Below, in pieces: positions 1 to 8,608 of a stretch of 52,805 bases of DNA. A program made the translations under genes and the position numbers. The stretch is from a virus (Duplodnaviria > Caudoviricetes): the IMG/VR virus record IMGVR_UViG_3300034375_013195, positions 1-52,805 of that record; one strand, 5' to 3'. The notes beneath the pieces were generated by a model. The model saw nothing but the letters and a program-made list of their open reading frames with translations, had not been told where the DNA came from and did not search any database. The first letter of the stretch is position 1. Each line of letters begins with the position of its first letter.

Positions 1-156
1 GTTGAATAGCAAAATATCATCATGAATAATTTCTTCATGATCATCCCATCCTTGGTCATCTGCTGGATGGATAGAGGGGTTTGCCTTTTGATTTATTATT
101 GATAAGCCAATAAAGTGTAATGTTCTATGGGTTTCTGTTTCGGTGAAATTTTTCAT
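1..156 (-). CDS. Hypothetical protein, cut by the window edge; second copy of 32540..32779
   Basis: Reads MKNFTETETHRTLHFIGLS, versus MKNFTETEVKRTLHFIGLS in the other copy. Confidence 0.85.
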   Translation of the reverse strand, partial: MKNFTETETHRTLHFIGLSIINQKANPSIHPADDQGWDDHEEIIHDDILLFN

Positions 157-190
157 GATTTTTAGTTTGTAGTGTTATTAAAATAGGAAG
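1..190 (+). repeat. Direct repeat, copy 1 (copy 2 at 32624-32813)
   Basis: 185/190 identical by eye. The only differences are ATGGGT (127-132) versus TTTTAC (32750-32755). Confidence 0.95.
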
Positions 191-191
191 G

Positions 192-851
192 TTAAAAAAG
201 CATCTGTTGTTTTATCCTTGTTTTAAATCTCTTTTTTGCGGCTAAAAAATATTCTTCATCTATTTCATAGCCTGTTAAATTTCGTTTTAACTCATGACAA
301 GCAATAGCAATGCTGCCACTACCTAAATGCGTATCAAGTATATTATCCCCTTCATTAGTGTAGTTTTCCAAAAGCCATCTATAAAGCGCGACGGGTTTTT
401 GTGTTGGGTGAATCCTTGTTTCTTTGTTTTTCATGTTCTGTTGAAGCATCCCATTCCATCTCCATTTAAAAAGCTTTGCAGCTCCTTTTTTGCTACACCA
501 CGCGCTTTCACAATCTGCAAAGTCTCCGGAATTATCTTTATCCCAGACAATGTATGAAGGGCAAATATTTAGATAAGATATGAAGTAATTCCAGCCCCAA
601 ATAATCTGATTTTTTGATACCCTTTTCAATTCATCAAAATAGGCTCTTTCGGGAATTTGGTTATCCCAATTTTTAACGGTGTATTTATCAGCTGCAGCAA
701 GATTCGACCTCGAAGCAAAGTTTTTAGAACTTTCGCCAATTCCATAAGGTGGATCAACTATTGCCCAATCAAATGAATTATCTTTCATTCCTTTCATGGC
801 CTCTAAGCTATCCCCATGAATTAAATTTATATCTGCTCTATTACTATTCAT
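192..851 (-). CDS. DNA methyltransferase, N6-adenine/N4-cytosine, beta class
   Basis: Catalytic DPPY motif, HPTQKP motif, then SAM-binding DTHLGSGS. Confidence 0.93.
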   Translation of the reverse strand: MNSNRADINLIHGDSLEAMKGMKDNSFDWAIVDPPYGIGESSKNFASRSNLAAADKYTVKNWDNQIPERAYFDELKRVSKNQIIWGWNYFISYLNICPSYIVWDKDNSGDFADCESAWCSKKGAAKLFKWRWNGMLQQNMKNKETRIHPTQKPVALYRWLLENYTNEGDNILDTHLGSGSIAIACHELKRNLTGYEIDEEYFLAAKKRFKTRIKQQMLF

Positions 852-1014
852 CTGTTTTGTTATGGTTTATGGGAAGCTGTTTCCAGCCTTCAGAATCATC
901 AGGATGAAGAACCCGATCTGCTGAACCTTTAGAAATTACAATTGATTTGCCCAGAATATGAAGAAGCATTTTTGCTTCTTCAGGGCTGATTGTTAGTTGA
1001 TTCATTTTTGCCAT
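844..1014 (-). pseudogene. 56-aa truncated homologue of 32540..32779
   Basis: Manual translation EEAKMLLHILGKSIVISKGSADRVLHPDDSEGW aligns with TEVKRTLHFIGLSIINQKANPSIHPADDQGW, then runs into the methylase leader. Confidence 0.6.
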
Positions 1015-1041
1015 CTGTTTTATTATTAGAGTACCTTAAAT

Positions 1042-1851
1042 TTACTTTCTTTTTGATTCTCCCAGGATTGCAATCTTGTTGAACATTTGCTTACATCTAT
1101 CAGCAAGCATTGTTGAATAATTCTCCCTTAAATCATCAAAATCTGCAAGGTTTGTTGTTATGTGGGTTTTCATCCCATTCTTCAGCAAAAGCCTGTATCT
1201 TCCCAGAATTACAAGCTGCATTACATTAATGACTGTTCCAAAGTTGTTTACAGGGCCTGTAAGCAATTCTTCCCCCAATCCATCAAAGCCCTTAATAATT
1301 GGCTTCTCAGATCTGCCCAACCCCTGCTTCTTCTGATAGAAACTTTTTGTTGTATGTTGGGCAATTATTTCTTCTTCTGTCTGATCCTTTAGCTTTGTAA
1401 ACTTTCTATAATTTTCAGTTACAGCATCACAAGAAAAAACCCTGAACCTTTGCTGCTCCAATTCTGGGAAATGCCTTGTTATTTCAGAGAGTATTTCAAG
1501 CAGAAGGCTTTTTCCTGTTCCTACATTTCCGCAAAGCATCAACCCTTTTCTAAGGGAGGCCCCTGGAATTGGGGAAGAACTTCTTTCAAACAGGGGGTTT
1601 TTAAATAAATACAATGCTAATTCTGGGAGAATCCAATTATTAACTGAATCCCATTCATAGAATGAATATTTAACTTCAAAAAGGTTCTGAAAGAACTGCT
1701 GCTGAAGCCCTGCAAGTTCCTCCCATTCTTTTTCAGATTTACCACCCGTTTGAATATCGTTCTTCAGATTTTGCTGTTGAATTGTCCGTTCCTTTTTTAG
1801 CTGCTGAATATAGCTTTGAAGGGCCTGCTGTTCTGTTTTTTGCTGTTTCAT
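1042..1851 (-). CDS. DnaC-like P-loop ATPase (helicase loader)
   Basis: Walker A GNVGTGKS, THITTN and DR..QMFN motifs; lies directly downstream of the initiator. Confidence 0.85.
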   Translation of the reverse strand: MKQQKTEQQALQSYIQQLKKERTIQQQNLKNDIQTGGKSEKEWEELAGLQQQFFQNLFEVKYSFYEWDSVNNWILPELALYLFKNPLFERSSSPIPGASLRKGLMLCGNVGTGKSLLLEILSEITRHFPELEQQRFRVFSCDAVTENYRKFTKLKDQTEEEIIAQHTTKSFYQKKQGLGRSEKPIIKGFDGLGEELLTGPVNNFGTVINVMQLVILGRYRLLLKNGMKTHITTNLADFDDLRENYSTMLADRCKQMFNKIAILGESKRK

Positions 1852-2563
1852 TTTGCTTTCTATTTACTGTTGTATTCAGGTAAGAATCAAAGCCTGCCTG
1901 AAGTGCTACTTCTGAAGGGCTGTATTCCTCCCTGATAGCTTTATTAATGAAGGCAATTTGCAACTCTTTAACATCAACCCCAACTGCCTGGGCTTTCTGT
2001 TGCCATTGATGAACCCTGATTGAATTATTCTCAATAATCTTCTGAAGATATTCTTCTTGAATTGCTGCAAGCGTATCTTCATTTTTTTCCTTTTCTATAC
2101 TTTCCTTTTCTATACTTTCCTTTGTTGCATTCTCGCTGCGAGAATTGGCATTCTCTCTGCGATAATTGCCCCTTAACCCTGTATTCTCGCTTCGATATTT
2201 CCGTTTTTGCCTGCTTCTGTCTTTCTCCCTCTTTTCAAACATTGGCTTCAATCTTTCCTTCAATGAAAGGCTAAAGATGAATACTTCATTCCTTTGAAGC
2301 AGCCCCAGAAGTATGCAATAAGTCCATATTTCAGAAAGAAGCTGGGGTTCAAGTCCAAAATCCCCAGCAACAAGGGTTGCTTCTTGTTCATTGAATTCAA
2401 TTCTGGTTCCTGGAGAAGCTGAAAGAAGTTCAAGGGTTTTGAAAAAAACAGCATATCCTGTTAAACCGTACTTGTTTTCAAGGGCCTTGATTTTCCTGTT
2501 GTTTCTTGCCTGGCAATCATGGCTGAACCAATCAGCCCCTTCTTTTTTGGGTCTACCTGCCAT
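1739..2563 (-). CDS. Replication initiator (DUF4373/Lin1244-like)
   Basis: N-terminus MAGRPKKEGADWFSHD..RNNRKIKAL..YGLTGY; internal iterons; paired with a loader gene. Confidence 0.85.
   Translation of the reverse strand: MAGRPKKEGADWFSHDCQARNNRKIKALENKYGLTGYAVFFKTLELLSASPGTRIEFNEQEATLVAGDFGLEPQLLSEIWTYCILLGLLQRNEVFIFSLSLKERLKPMFEKREKDRSRQKRKYRSENTGLRGNYRRENANSRSENATKESIEKESIEKEKNEDTLAAIQEEYLQKIIENNSIRVHQWQQKAQAVGVDVKELQIAFINKAIREEYSPSEVALQAGFDSYLNTTVNRKQNETAKNRTAGPSKLYSAAKKGTDNSTAKSEERYSNGW
2129..2200. repeat. Three 18-bp iterons, probable replication origin
   Basis: ATTCTCGCTGCGAGAATT (2129), ATTCTCTCTGCGATAATT (2150) and ATTCTCGCTTCGATATTT (2183) inside the initiator gene, beside a TTTCCTTTTCTATAC tandem repeat. 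Confidence 0.7.
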
Positions 2564-2584
2564 TTCGTAACATTTTTTTAGTTG

Positions 2585-2613
2585 AAAAACCCTGGGGGCC
2601 TCAGGCCCCCAGG
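2585..2613 (-). terminator. Intrinsic terminator
   Basis: CCTGGGGGCC-TCA-GGCCCCCAGG hairpin followed by a T-run on the minus strand. Confidence 0.65.
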
Positions 2614-2629
2614 CAACAAAAGCGAAGGA

Positions 2630-3511
2630 CTAACTGAAAAAATATTTCATTCCCTTCTGAATAAGATCTTCTGAAACTTTCCCGTAAAATTTCGGGCTGC
2701 ATTTTGTATATCTATTCCCCCACATCATAACATTCTGAAAGGGGGCATTCTCTGCTTCTGTCTTATATCGTTGATTAAGCCCAAAGGAAAAGCTTTTGAA
2801 GGCATCAGGCCCCCCTTTCTTTTCCGTAAAAGAAACCTTTGCTGAACTGCAATAAACAGCAGAAATTCCTGAGGCTGTTTCTTCAACCCAATATTCACCT
2901 GGGAAGATGGACTGAACCCCAGGAACAAAAGCCTGGGTAAGTTCCTGAATCTTTTCATCAGATAAGACTTCAAAATAAAGTTCTTCCTTTGTTCCTGGGG
3001 GATCAAAGGACAAATCAGAAATCAGCCTTTCAACCATATCTTCAGAAAGATCTATTTCCTTGTAAAATACAAAACAATTTTCAAGGGCCTCCACCAATTC
3101 AGCCCTGGGAATATCTACCAATTCAGCCCAATTCCTTTCTTCTTTTACAAGGGAATCATAACAGGCCAAAATTTCAACAGCTTTAGGGCTCTGATCCTTC
3201 CAAAGGGCATTGAAAAAATATTGAGTAGAAGTAAGCCCCTTAATTTTCTTTGCTGCTGCATCAAGTCTTTTCCTTACAGCAGCAGCCCTTGTTCTGATAT
3301 GAAGCCCCAGGCTTCTCAATTCAAGGGGCAGATAAGGGAAGGGGCAGGCAACCTTGCCTTCAAATTCTGGCAAGATATGGGGGTTGCTCCATATCTTACA
3401 GTATTTTATTTTTTCATCCTTGCAATGAATTTCAAACCGTTTTCTTCCCTTTGAATAAACCTGAATGCTTCTCCCTGGGGAAGGTTCATATTTCCAATGT
3501 AATACCTTCAT
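2630..3511 (-). CDS. Hypothetical protein
   Basis: 293-aa ORF within the early operon. Confidence 0.75.
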   Translation of the reverse strand: MKVLHWKYEPSPGRSIQVYSKGRKRFEIHCKDEKIKYCKIWSNPHILPEFEGKVACPFPYLPLELRSLGLHIRTRAAAVRKRLDAAAKKIKGLTSTQYFFNALWKDQSPKAVEILACYDSLVKEERNWAELVDIPRAELVEALENCFVFYKEIDLSEDMVERLISDLSFDPPGTKEELYFEVLSDEKIQELTQAFVPGVQSIFPGEYWVEETASGISAVYCSSAKVSFTEKKGGPDAFKSFSFGLNQRYKTEAENAPFQNVMMWGNRYTKCSPKFYGKVSEDLIQKGMKYFFS

Positions 3512-3541
3512 TTTGATTTTGTTGGATTACTAAGGTAATAA

Positions 3542-3784
3542 TTAATTCTTAATTAAAGCAAGTTCAACCAATTCAAACAGCCTTGAAAAAAGCTCTGAAA
3601 AGTAAACTTCTGTTACAAATTCAAAATCTGAATCTGCCTTCCTGAACCCTACTTTGTAATAATATGCCCTTCCTTCCAGGTTGTAAGCCTCTGAGAAGCT
3701 TACAACCTGGGAAAGGTTGATTCCCCTTTTTTGAAGAATCGTTTTCAGCAGGATCTTCAACTTATCACCTTTCATAAAGATCAT
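3542..3784 (-). CDS. Hypothetical protein
   Basis: ORF within the operon. Confidence 0.6.
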   Translation of the reverse strand: MIFMKGDKLKILLKTILQKRGINLSQVVSFSEAYNLEGRAYYYKVGFRKADSDFEFVTEVYFSELFSRLFELVELALIKN

Positions 3785-4190
3785 AAATTGAAAAATCTGC
3801 CTCCACTATTTCAGAAGATCCTGAAGAATTATTGAACTTTCTAAGGCTTATGCAGAAAGTTTTAAAACCCTGCTTGTATAAGTTGAATATAAGCTTCTTC
3901 AGGCCCCTTTCAGGGTCTATTCCTGAAATATGAAGATAAGGATCATGAAGGCCTTTCATTAGGCCCCCAGGCTTGAAGATGGAGGCTTCTGGGATGAATT
4001 GCAGCAGTTCTTCTTCTTCAAACTGCTTTCCAGGATAATTTAAATTATCAAGGGCCTGATTAATACCCAGAATCCTGCATTCAAATCCTTCTTGCACTTC
4101 CTGAAATTTATTCAGATCAAAAAGGGAATGAATTGGTTTTGTTGAAATTTGGTCTGGGCTCAACAAGATAAGTTCTTTTGATTTGTTCAT
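3765..4190 (-). CDS. Hypothetical protein
   Basis: ORF with an AAAGCAAAATG start context. Confidence 0.7.
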   Translation of the reverse strand: MNKSKELILLSPDQISTKPIHSLFDLNKFQEVQEGFECRILGINQALDNLNYPGKQFEEEELLQFIPEASIFKPGGLMKGLHDPYLHISGIDPERGLKKLIFNLYKQGFKTFCISLRKFNNSSGSSEIVEADFSIYDLYER

Positions 4191-4217
4191 TTTGCTTTCT
4201 GTTAAATGATGGAAAAA

Positions 4218-4943
4218 TTATTTATTCTTCAATTCCTTATTCTGCAAAAATTTAGGCATTGCAAGCCTTGCCTTTTGCTTCTTAACTGAATTCAAGAAGA
4301 AAGAAACCTGATGAAGCTGGGGATATTTATCCCAAATCTTCTGAAGCTCTGAATCCTTCTGGGTTGCTTCAATGCTTTCTTTGATCTGAAGGGCCTCTGC
4401 TTCTGTTATACCAAATTTCTTGAAGGGATCTTCTTGAAGGGGCTGTTTCCCTTTTTGAACCGTCTGTTGCTGGGGCTGCTTCTTTGAAGCCTGGGGAGGC
4501 TGCTGGGGGGCTTCCTGCTGTTCCTGTTGGGGAAATTCCGTACTTATACAGAAAACAGTTTCTATTGCCTGAGCAATTGCAATTGAAGTTGCTGCCTTAG
4601 GCCCAAAATCCCCTGCATGATTCTTTGCAATGCTGTGATCTGAACAAACTGTTCCTTCATCACATGAAAACTTAACCCTGATTGTTGTAAGGGTTCTCCA
4701 ATTCAATTTTTGAAGGCCTGTTTTCTTGTCTTGGGTTGTATAAGTAGTTTCAGAAAGGGAAAGGCTTTCTGTTGACATAACAACCCCAAAAGATGCTAAT
4801 TCTGGTTGAAGATGGTTTTTCAGATCATCAATTGAACGGTAACTTGAACCGTAAGAACCTGAATTGCTCCTTGTTTTGGCAATTGCCCCAATATTCTGGG
4901 AAATATCTGAAAGCCTGCTGTAAATACTAATTGAATTGTTCAT
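4218..4943 (-). CDS. ERF-family single-strand annealing protein
   Basis: IGAIAK...YRSIDDL...LQPEL...GVV N-terminal domain, D.GPKAATSIA motif, Q-rich linker. Confidence 0.7.
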   Translation of the reverse strand: MNNSISIYSRLSDISQNIGAIAKTRSNSGSYGSSYRSIDDLKNHLQPELASFGVVMSTESLSLSETTYTTQDKKTGLQKLNWRTLTTIRVKFSCDEGTVCSDHSIAKNHAGDFGPKAATSIAIAQAIETVFCISTEFPQQEQQEAPQQPPQASKKQPQQQTVQKGKQPLQEDPFKKFGITEAEALQIKESIEATQKDSELQKIWDKYPQLHQVSFFLNSVKKQKARLAMPKFLQNKELKNK

Positions 4944-4956
4944 TTTGCTTTTCTTT

Positions 4957-5373
4957 TTAGAATCCTACATTATTGATTTCTTCCTGCCCTTCAGCATTGA
5001 AGGGGTTGTTCTGAAAATATGTTTCCAAGTGCCGTTTCACTGTCTTTCTATGCAAGCCCGTAATTCTTGAAATTAGGGAATAATTAGGGGGGGAATTGGG
5101 ATCAATATTCTGTTCATAAGCTTCAATTACAGCTTTGTAATTATCCAAAGCTTCCTGATTTTTGAACTGAAGCTGCTGAGGCTTTGAAGGGGCTGCTGAA
5201 GCCTGGGGCTTCTGATCCAACATTTGAAGGTATCTTCTTACACAAAGCTTAATTGCCTGAGTTTGAGAAGTAACAGCTTCCCCTTCAACTCTCATTCTTG
5301 CAAGCAGAATTACAGGAAGATCGGCTTCCTGCCCCTGCCAAACAACATTAGTAAATCTTTGATCTTTTGACAT
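4957..5373 (-). CDS. Putative DNA-binding protein with C-terminal HTH
   Basis: NYSLISRITGLHRKTVKRHL helix-turn-helix pattern. Confidence 0.6.
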   Translation of the reverse strand: MSKDQRFTNVVWQGQEADLPVILLARMRVEGEAVTSQTQAIKLCVRRYLQMLDQKPQASAAPSKPQQLQFKNQEALDNYKAVIEAYEQNIDPNSPPNYSLISRITGLHRKTVKRHLETYFQNNPFNAEGQEEINNVGF

Positions 5374-5375
5374 AT

Positions 5376-5795
5376 TTATTTTGAATTAATTAAATGATAT
5401 TCAACAGTTTTGAAGTGATCTTTTTCAAGGAAGATTCCTGATTGTTCCAGGCAGAGCCCTGAAGCCTGTATCTTCCAATTCCTGAAGAATTCAGGCCAAA
5501 GGTATTCCTGAAAATTTTTCTTAGATGTTACCCCCCAAACCTTTGTAAATTCCAACTTATCAAGGCCCTGATTAGCCTTAAACATTCCTTCCTTATCATC
5601 AAAGGCCTTTGAGCAATAGTAAGCAGTAAGAAGATTCATAAATCTTTCTTTGTGATGCTTTTCAATGATTGAAATGTGCTTGCATTCCAGCTTGTAATTG
5701 GTGAACCCATTGAAGCCAATGTATAAAACAGGGGGGGTTCTCATAATTCCTATATAAATCTGCATAATACGTTCATTTTGTTTTTCTATGTGCAA
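5376..5795 (-). CDS. Hypothetical protein (start uncertain)
   Basis: First ORF of the early operon. Confidence 0.6.
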   Translation of the reverse strand: MHIEKQNERIMQIYIGIMRTPPVLYIGFNGFTNYKLECKHISIIEKHHKERFMNLLTAYYCSKAFDDKEGMFKANQGLDKLEFTKVWGVTSKKNFQEYLWPEFFRNWKIQASGLCLEQSGIFLEKDHFKTVEYHLINSK

Positions 5796-5832
5796 GATCT
5801 TAATTAATTATTAATTAATCAAGTGATTGCAC

Positions 5833-5917
5833 AAAAAAAAAGGTTGCCTGTTAAAGCAACCCAGAAAAGCAAAATGAACGAACAAGGCATCTATACAGCA
5901 GAAAGCCTTGATTTTTC
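5833..5917 (-). ncRNA. Candidate trans-acting antisense small RNA
   Basis: Upstream TATATTTG box, a 5' hairpin (CAAGGC..GCCTTG), an unpaired UUCGUUCAUUUUGCUUUUCU stretch, then a terminator GGGTTGC..GCAACC with a T-run. Confidence 0.55.
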
Positions 5918-5923
5918 GTTTGT

Positions 5924-5931
5924 CAAATATA
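5924..5931 (-). promoter_or_regulatory. Bacteroidota sigma-A -7 element
   Basis: TATATTTG matches the TAnnTTTG consensus; a TTTG lies upstream at 5950-5947 with shorter than usual spacing. Confidence 0.5.
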
Positions 5932-5938
5932 CGGTTTT

Positions 5939-7423
5939 TTATGTGTCAAATTGAATGCAATTTAAATCAAGGTTGTTGCCTGTTGTTATTCCAATAATGG
6001 AGAATTCCCCGTCAGATGCTTTTATCCTGTAACGATATGTTGAGCCGTTTGCAAAATCTGTTACCCCCCCATAAGTATCATATTGAGGCCGAGCCCCAGC
6101 AGGAAAATAAAAAGGAACATTTGAAGTTCCTGCTGTTCTTCTTACAAGCCCCTTACAATATAGCCTGCCCCCTGAATTAATTCTGTATTGAGCATTTTCA
6201 ACAGAATCAGAAAACAAAGATTCAAGGGTAATATCTGTATAAGATCCAGGATCAAAGCCTGAACCCCCAGCCTGATTTTCAAGCAGGGTTGTTTGCTTGA
6301 AGTTCAAGAATGAATCATCCATTATTGAAACGCTTCCTGAAATATCCCCCTGCTCAGACATCAATTCAACATAATCTGTATCAAGCAATTCCCCTTCCCA
6401 ATGAAAAAAAGCTGTTGATGTTTTTGAATTGCCATTGTTTCTTGAATATCCCCCAAAGGTTTGCCCTTCAGCTTTCAAGGCTGTTCCTGATCCGTTCTTT
6501 TGAAGCCAAAGGTTCAGGTTTATCCTTTGGCCTGAAGGGTTGTTGTAATTGATAGCAGCAAATATTTCATACCTTCCCCCCTTGCCTGTTGCAGGGCCTA
6601 TCCTTGAAGGGTTCGTTCCTGTTGAATGATTAACCCCCAAATCAATTCTAACTTGATTCTGCCATTCAACAGCAATTGCTGTTGAAGCGTTCGGGTTCTG
6701 GGTATTGCCTGAAGTTGTCAATCGGGCCCCGTTCGGGTTTGCTGCAAGGGGAATCTGAACTGCATTGTTCCAGCTTCCCGAAGCCTTTCCCGAATAAAAG
6801 ATTCGGTTCGTTTCGTCAACGTAGTGGTCCCCGTCAACCCCGTCAGAAACATCATCTGGGGGCCCTGATCCGCTTAATACAGTATTTCCGTCAGATCCGT
6901 TTGTTCCGTTTGACCCTGCTGGGCCCTGGTCCCCCTTGCTGGCTAATAAATCCCAATAGGTTGCATTCGGGGGCTGTTGGTTAATATGACTTGACTTTGC
7001 CACATAAGCAGATCCAGCGTCTTCAACAGCGTCAAATTGGTTGTAATTTGTTGCACCTGACCATACGCCCGTCCAAATAATTCCTGTGCCTGCTGGGCCC
7101 TGGGGCCCAGAATCTGCAAACAAATCCCAGAAGGCTGAACCTGGGGGATTCAAAGAAGGGGGCTGATTGTTTGAAGGGGCTGTTGCAATCCATGCTTTTA
7201 AATCATGATGAACCCCATCATTTTGCACATAATTTGTGCCTGAATCCCAAGCCCCCTTCCATGCAAGCCCTGAAGGCCCTGCATCCCCCTTAGGGCCTGC
7301 ATCTGTTATATTCATAATAACAGCCTCAGGATCTTCAATATTAATTGTTACTTCATCAGAATCTTCAATAATAATCTGAAGTTCTTCTTCATCAACAACA
7401 ATAATTGTTTCAAATGTAGACAT
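5939..7423 (-). CDS. Tail fibre with collagen-like repeats and two carbohydrate-binding-like modules
   Basis: GPxG triplets; two W.G.W...TNY...D.V...A(W/Y).A repeats. Confidence 0.8.
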   Translation of the reverse strand: MSTFETIIVVDEEELQIIIEDSDEVTINIEDPEAVIMNITDAGPKGDAGPSGLAWKGAWDSGTNYVQNDGVHHDLKAWIATAPSNNQPPSLNPPGSAFWDLFADSGPQGPAGTGIIWTGVWSGATNYNQFDAVEDAGSAYVAKSSHINQQPPNATYWDLLASKGDQGPAGSNGTNGSDGNTVLSGSGPPDDVSDGVDGDHYVDETNRIFYSGKASGSWNNAVQIPLAANPNGARLTTSGNTQNPNASTAIAVEWQNQVRIDLGVNHSTGTNPSRIGPATGKGGRYEIFAAINYNNPSGQRINLNLWLQKNGSGTALKAEGQTFGGYSRNNGNSKTSTAFFHWEGELLDTDYVELMSEQGDISGSVSIMDDSFLNFKQTTLLENQAGGSGFDPGSYTDITLESLFSDSVENAQYRINSGGRLYCKGLVRRTAGTSNVPFYFPAGARPQYDTYGGVTDFANGSTYRYRIKASDGEFSIIGITTGNNLDLNCIQFDT

Positions 7424-7435
7424 TAATTCAAGGGA

Positions 7436-7792
7436 TTATCTTGCTGAATCAGCAATTACAGTTATTCTTCCTGTTACGTAGGTTCTTATTCTGCCATCAG
7501 GCAAGGTATATTGAATATCAAAGAAGTATTCACCTGGGGAAACATTGGCTGTTTGAACCCCAGGAATTGCCAAATCAACAACAATTGTTCCCAGGGTTGA
7601 AACGTCTGGGGAAGGGGTTGCCTGAAGCAAAGCAACAGTATCTTCAGTATCTGCCTTCATCTGAAACAGAATTGAAGTTCCTGTATAATCATAAGAAGGA
7701 TCTGAATTATTATTCGTAGTGAATTTTTTTATAAAATCATCCCCCCTAAAGATTCCGTAATTTCTTGAAGTTTGGTATGTTATTGTTGACAT
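7436..7792 (-). CDS. BppU-N-like baseplate/fibre adaptor
   Basis: RGDDF...YFFDIQ...RTYVTGRITV pattern; lies upstream of the fibre gene. Confidence 0.65.
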   Translation of the reverse strand: MSTITYQTSRNYGIFRGDDFIKKFTTNNNSDPSYDYTGTSILFQMKADTEDTVALLQATPSPDVSTLGTIVVDLAIPGVQTANVSPGEYFFDIQYTLPDGRIRTYVTGRITVIADSAR

Positions 7793-7796
7793 AATT

Positions 7797-8267
7797 TTAC
7801 TTTGTATTCATTACCTGAGAAGAAGTAAAAAAGAACCCATTGCCTGAAGGGGGCATTTGCAACCATTCTAAAACAACATAGCCCCCCCCTTTCTTTCTGT
7901 ATCTGTTTTTAAACTTAGGATAATCAACAACAGGTTTTTTCTTGAATTCCTCCCATGCCTGCCTTGTAGCCTCCACATCTTCAGGATGAACAAAGGAAAG
8001 AAAATGAGAAGCCTTCAGTTCTTCCTGCTCCCAGCCTAAAACCTCTGTAAAATAGGGATTAACCAGAAGAAACCTTCCTTCAGGGGAAAGAATTACATTC
8101 AGGCAGAAATCTTGCCTGATGAACATTTGAAAAAGGGATTCTGCAAAAACAATGCTTTTTAATCTTTCAATTGATCCTGTTGAATCCATTTCTGCAATGA
8201 TGTTTGCAATCTCCTTATTAAGTCTTTGCAAGGGGCCTAATTTAAAAACGCTAAAAAACCTTTTCAT
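7797..8267 (-). CDS. Stand-alone PAS-domain protein
   Basis: GRFLLVNPYFTEVLGW..EEL....FLSFVHPED..NRYRKKGGGYVVLEW, a PAS_3-type signature. Confidence 0.85.
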   Translation of the reverse strand: MKRFFSVFKLGPLQRLNKEIANIIAEMDSTGSIERLKSIVFAESLFQMFIRQDFCLNVILSPEGRFLLVNPYFTEVLGWEQEELKASHFLSFVHPEDVEATRQAWEEFKKKPVVDYPKFKNRYRKKGGGYVVLEWLQMPPSGNGFFFTSSQVMNTK

Positions 8268-8596
8268 TCCTTAATATGATCTAAAATCTTGTTCAACTTA
8301 TCTTCAAGGGCTGTTTCCTTTGAAGCATAATCCTTGAAGAAAGCTTTAACTTCAAAAATGAATTCTTTTATATCTGTTCTAAGGCCCTTATCTTCTTCAT
8401 GTGTGAACAACATTTTAGTCATTAGTTCAGTGACCTTCTGAAGAAGAACAGCCCTTTCTGCCTGCTCTTTTACAAGCCTGAGCCAAAGGGCAGCAACTGC
8501 TGCAATTAAAACAGCAACAAGAAGCCCGTAAGCATAAGCATTGAAAGGACTTGCCTTCAATGCCTGTTCTGATATTTGTAACAGCTCTAGATTCAT
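8264..8596 (-). CDS. Holin-like membrane protein (one TM plus coiled coil)
   Basis: Hydrophobic AYGLLVAVLIAAVAALWL segment; position after the head genes. Confidence 0.5.
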   Translation of the reverse strand: MNLELLQISEQALKASPFNAYAYGLLVAVLIAAVAALWLRLVKEQAERAVLLQKVTELMTKMLFTHEEDKGLRTDIKEFIFEVKAFFKDYASKETALEDKLNKILDHIKE

Positions 8597-8608
8597 AAGA
8601 TCAAGAAA

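Noticed and set aside
1-190. Physical direct terminal repeat of the virion DNA
   Set aside because: The copies differ at five positions, begin in the middle of a gene, and sequence continues past the second copy.
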